This document shows positions 59,782-64,000 of a DNA stretch of 64,000 nt, one piece after another; the stretch's first letter is position 1; each line of letters starts with the position of its first letter. Location of the stretch: positions 16,437,653 to 16,501,652 of the forward strand of contig NC_134028.1 in the NCBI RefSeq assembly GCF_964204645.1, read 5' to 3'. This DNA is from Tubulanus polymorphus (lineage: Eukaryota; Animalia; Nemertea). Position numbers and translations under genes: made by a program. A model generated the notes under the pieces. The model worked only from the letters and a program-made list of their open reading frames with translations, was not told the origin of the DNA and searched no databases.

Positions 59782-62189
59782 CATAGGTCATCGCATTATA
59801 GAAATTGAACTGATGACAAGTTGTATTAAATCTCTATAGATCAAACACTTTTAAGGAAAATGCATTATGTGTGTTGTTTCTATATAACTACTATCGACTG
59901 TGCGCCTCGGGCTCAGTCAACTCGCCATCTTCATGATTGAAATATTTGATTAGGCAGTCCTATCAAAAGTGGCGTAAATTCATACAAGCGAATAATTTGT
60001 TGTTTCCAAAGGTTTTTGTTACCGGCTCGTCTACACGGTAATGGTCGAAATTCCCCGGTAAAAATCCCCTAAGAATACCAATTAAAAAGCTTATGATTTG
60101 CTGCCGCTGGTATGTTTTCGTTTGTATTGCAAAATTAAGTCCAAAATAACTGGAATCGTTTTAAAGGATTTCTGTGAAAATTTTCAATTTTTCCCCACAC
60201 GTCAACAAGTGCCTTTCAAATCAAGATCGATTCCTCATGCGTAAAAACGATTGAAGCAATTTTTGCAGTTTTATTTATTTATGGTTTGATACGTCAAGAT
60301 TTCAGTAAAAAGGGCAACATCATCGTTTATGTTAGCGAAGCTTGGTATACAAGCAAGCTGACAATAACAAGCCACTGAATTTTATCGGTTTAGGCTTTGT
60401 ATAGCTCATTATCTATAGAAAGTCAGTGATTAAGTCCTAAGTAAATATTGCTCAATTAAAGAGAATTCATTATGACAATGTACAAGCGATGACAGGCCTA
60501 TGAGGCACCCGTAAATCAAAAATGTATTTCACGGATTTTGCTGTGCGATGCGATAAATTATTGAAACTTTTTATTTGAAATATCTTTGAAATACTATTGA
60601 AATTTGAAATATTATTTTACCAGTGCGATAACTTTTAGTATTAGTTTAGTACTAATGAAGTATTTCAATCTTTGGATAAACGTTGGAAAAATGGCAAGGG
60701 GAAAATTGCCGCTAAATAAACATTAGAATTTGCAAGTTTTGTAATAACTTTGAATTGTTAAATTTTACTGGACATTGGTGTACTGTATGCTGAATATCAC
60801 GAACAACGAAACATATATCTCATAAAAACGTTGATTGTCTTTTTCAACTTTCATCATTTCAATAATAATCAATCGATTTTTAAGTCGATTTAATTAACAG
60901 GATAGCGACTATATGCGTTTGTGCTTTTAATCAACTAGTTTCCGAATCCGTGGTATGTCAATCAAATAATAATTATTAAGTCGAGAAAAAGTAAGATGCA
61001 TTCTATCAACTAATTTCAATGTAAAGACTATAATGCTTCCTATATGAATCAATACTAAAGCATTCATACCGCAGGCCACTTAATCTTAAGCTTGATTGTG
61101 AGAGGTGTTTAAACATAATGGTCACATGAGTAATTAAATGGTTGTGTCACAAAGGGAGAAATCTGCCTTAGACATAACATCCCGATATCTGGAGTTCTGG
61201 GCTTAGTAACGCATGTTTAGAATGAATTTTATCCAATATTTTTGTAACATAATGTTTTCTCTCTGCAAATTCCTGACGTTTTCTGGGTGCTAACGTTCAG
61301 TGGCTAGTAGGCTGGATTGTATTTTCCCTTATTTCATAGATCTCCATGCATATAAACTTGAACTGAACTGAATGGGAACTGAGTTCGGTTAGGAGTAAAA
61401 ACCTCCTTATCAACTCCTATTTCTGAATTGTATATAAAGGAGTGAAGAAAGAAACAAACCCTCATACCGAATACACTTTTACGTATAAATGAGAATAATG
61501 CACTAGGACAATGGCTAATTTGCGACCGTAAATGAAAGAAATACGACTCGAATAATTTTTTTTTATCATGCGTGACACGCGAATCTCCTATTAACGCTAG
61601 TAATGAGTGAAGAATCCACACGAATGAAATGTATCAGCTTCATAATGATCTTTAATCCTTGAATGACCATTCTTAATTAACACAAAACACTTAATATAAA
61701 TGATTTGTATCGATTACTATAGAATTTCCATTTAAAGAATGCATTTATCAAATTACGTCCATTGACTCCGAAAATGAACCTTTAAACCCGTAAATTAGCT
61801 AAACTCGTGCCGTTAAGCTATTTAGATTTATCGCAGTCTAGTGAAAATTTGTAAGCAGTCCTAATATATTCCCTGTATAATCAAAACTTAATTTCTATGT
61901 TATGCACGTGTTTTAATTACGATTTCCCCTCTACATGTTTATCGGGAAGGGCCTGATTACAATCTGATTACAATTGATTGTCAACAAAGTTAAAGCAATT
62001 TACTGTTAGACAAAGAAAATACAAAATCTATTTAGTTTTCTAAAATTGTATGTAGGCCTATGTCTCATACCGTCTCATTACCTCGAACACTGTGTATCGT
62101 ATCACTCGAAATTCATAAATCTACCGGCTTTATGGCTTTAAAAAAACTAATTACACCCAAAACACCTATCTTTCTAAAATTTCAGGTTA

Positions 62190-62858
62190 TAGCGTTTAGT
62201 GGTGGTAGGAAAAATTCCTCCCAAAATCAATATACTTTGAATCAAAGACTCGGGTTCATTTTCCTTCAGTTGACAAATGAAAATATTTCGAATATCAGAC
62301 CAGGTCCATTTTCCTTCGTTTGACCATGGACGTATAAACTAGATTATACGTCCATGGTTTGATATAGGGAGGAACATTCCTCCCGACGTCGATACTTTGA
62401 ATATCAGACCTGAAGGTCAAATTCTCTTCGTTTGACCTTGGGAGGAATATTCCTCCCAAAGTCAATTGTTAAAATATCGGACCCCATGGTCAAGTTTCCA
62501 TCGATTGACATTGGGAGGAATATTCCTCCCGCAGTCAATTTTCACAATAGCGGTCCTCTTAATTGGTGACACTCAAAGAACGCGCGGCTCAGATTTCTAT
62601 TGTGCGCCTATCGCGCGCTGCGCGTGAATCACTTACGTAATCTTTTCTGTAAATTTGAAGACCTAGGGGGCATTATGTTCTCTAAAGCCCAATAGTATCC
62701 CAAATTCCGGACTGTTAATAGGTTGATTTTACAGCAGAGTCGACATGTTTCAACAATTTTTAACTGTTCATTTATGAATATTTGAGGACTTATGAACTAA
62801 AAATTAGTTAAATTTTGGATACATTTTGAGAAAGTCACAAAACATTTGAGACTGCGTT
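62190..62858 (-). repeat. Long dispersed repeat, copy C (inverted, partial; older fragments at about 60970-61180)
   Basis: Near-identical reverse complement of 55857-56390. Confidence 0.9.
62325..62356. mobile_element. 32-bp hairpin micro-element, P-superfamily-like
   Basis: CATGGACGTATAA-actaga-TTATACGTCCATG flanked by GTTTGAC/GTTTGAT. The paralogous site at 56350-56356 has a single GTTTGAC. Confidence 0.8.
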
Positions 62859-63029
62859 TTTTATGAAAACATGTCACCGATGCCTTGTCCGACAGTGGGT
62901 ATCCCCACGGGAAAACCTGGTTACTATTTATAGTTAAAATGAAGTAATTCCGCAATTCCGTGTTTCCGCGATATGACAACACCGGACCTTTTTGTACATT
63001 TTCCATAATCTTCCGTGGGGTTACATATA

Positions 63030-63211
63030 ACCAGGGGAATAGTATAGAACCTGGGAACACCGGACTCGAGAAACAAATAGAACCCCTGATATGTATGATT
63101 TCCCTTGGGGAACATAGGACCCGGGGAATATAGAACCCTTTTTGAATAATTTCTCTTCGGGGAATATAGCACCCGGGGAATATAGAACCCGGGGAACATA
63201 GGTATGGACCC
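63030..63211. repeat. ccggggaa(c/t)atag short-unit repeat element; inverted relative at 55165-55300
   Basis: Units of 15-16 bp; shared cataggtatggaccc motif in opposite orientation. Confidence 0.75.
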
Positions 63212-64000
63212 TACAAGAACTCAATCTTATTCTGATGAGTTCAACAGACATAAGAATATATCTCTATTAATTCGAAAAAAGACATCTGTTACATTGAAAT
63301 ATTTGAATACATACGTATGTGAAGTTGTAGATCGCCAAAAAAGCACTATTATTAATATTATTATGAAACATAGCTGCAAAGCAGGATAACGGGTTTTCTG
63401 GATGCATGTGATCGAAAGGAAAAATTAATTACCGGGTATTCGATGGAAAAAATAAAATGAGATGATTTGGATATTATCGGAGCAATCCTCTTTTTGGTTG
63501 AATGGTCTAACCCCAGTATAGTCCACCGTGATTTGGAAATTCTCGGAGCCCTCCTTTATTTACTTACTAAATGACGTCACAAACTGTTATTTCGCCGGTG
63601 CTTGTGTCTAACAATTCAATTCAATTCTTTATTTACAGTAACCTAATAAGTAATTTTAAGTTTCAAATAGGATGGAAAGTACATTCAGACAATCTGTTGG
63701 TTCAGAGAGACCGTTATTACAGTATCAATTTATACATTTCGTTTCGAAGCTGTCAGTTGCCGAATCTGAATGAAGATGAATTTTATTTGACGAAATCGGC
63801 GGAAAATATATGATAATGATAATAATCAACAGAATTTCAATAGGGTTTTCGACGAAAGTCAGAAAACCCTAATAAAAAACTGATGGAATATCGAGCAATG
63901 AATCCCTTCAGGTCACATGTAGGTAGAATGTTAGAAAACTCCATTGCTGCTTTACAGCCATGTTTTACATTTCATTTGGGTCATCTTTCTCAGGCGTCAA

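Overview
This is AT-rich, repeat-dense eukaryotic DNA, probably from a marine invertebrate, and not a prokaryotic locus. The only host gene I can support is an R7-family RGS gene (RGS6/7/9/11, EGL-10/EAT-16 type) on the minus strand. Four phase-compatible GT-AG exons (50420-50260, 50181-50130, 40548-40484, 20908-20832) encode its DEP/DHEX region, so the whole window is probably inside this gene's very large introns. Positions 1-18 kb are a nested pile of decayed elements: an L2 LINE, a Crack-like LINE 3' end, a Gypsy internal region and a relic of a Polinton-like/adintovirus-type endogenous DNA virus. The viral relic retains a major capsid gene, a packaging ATPase half, a probable pPolB N-terminus and membrane-type ORFs, and appears split by a near full-length Crack/CR1-group LINE. 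The rest holds an RTE-X-like LINE whose empty site is also in the window, three solo LTRs of one family, Merlin, piggyBac-, Harbinger- and pogo-like elements, a 32-bp P-like hairpin element, a Penelope-like repeat with a hammerhead core, and local direct and inverted duplications. All homology calls come from motif recognition by eye; no searches were run.
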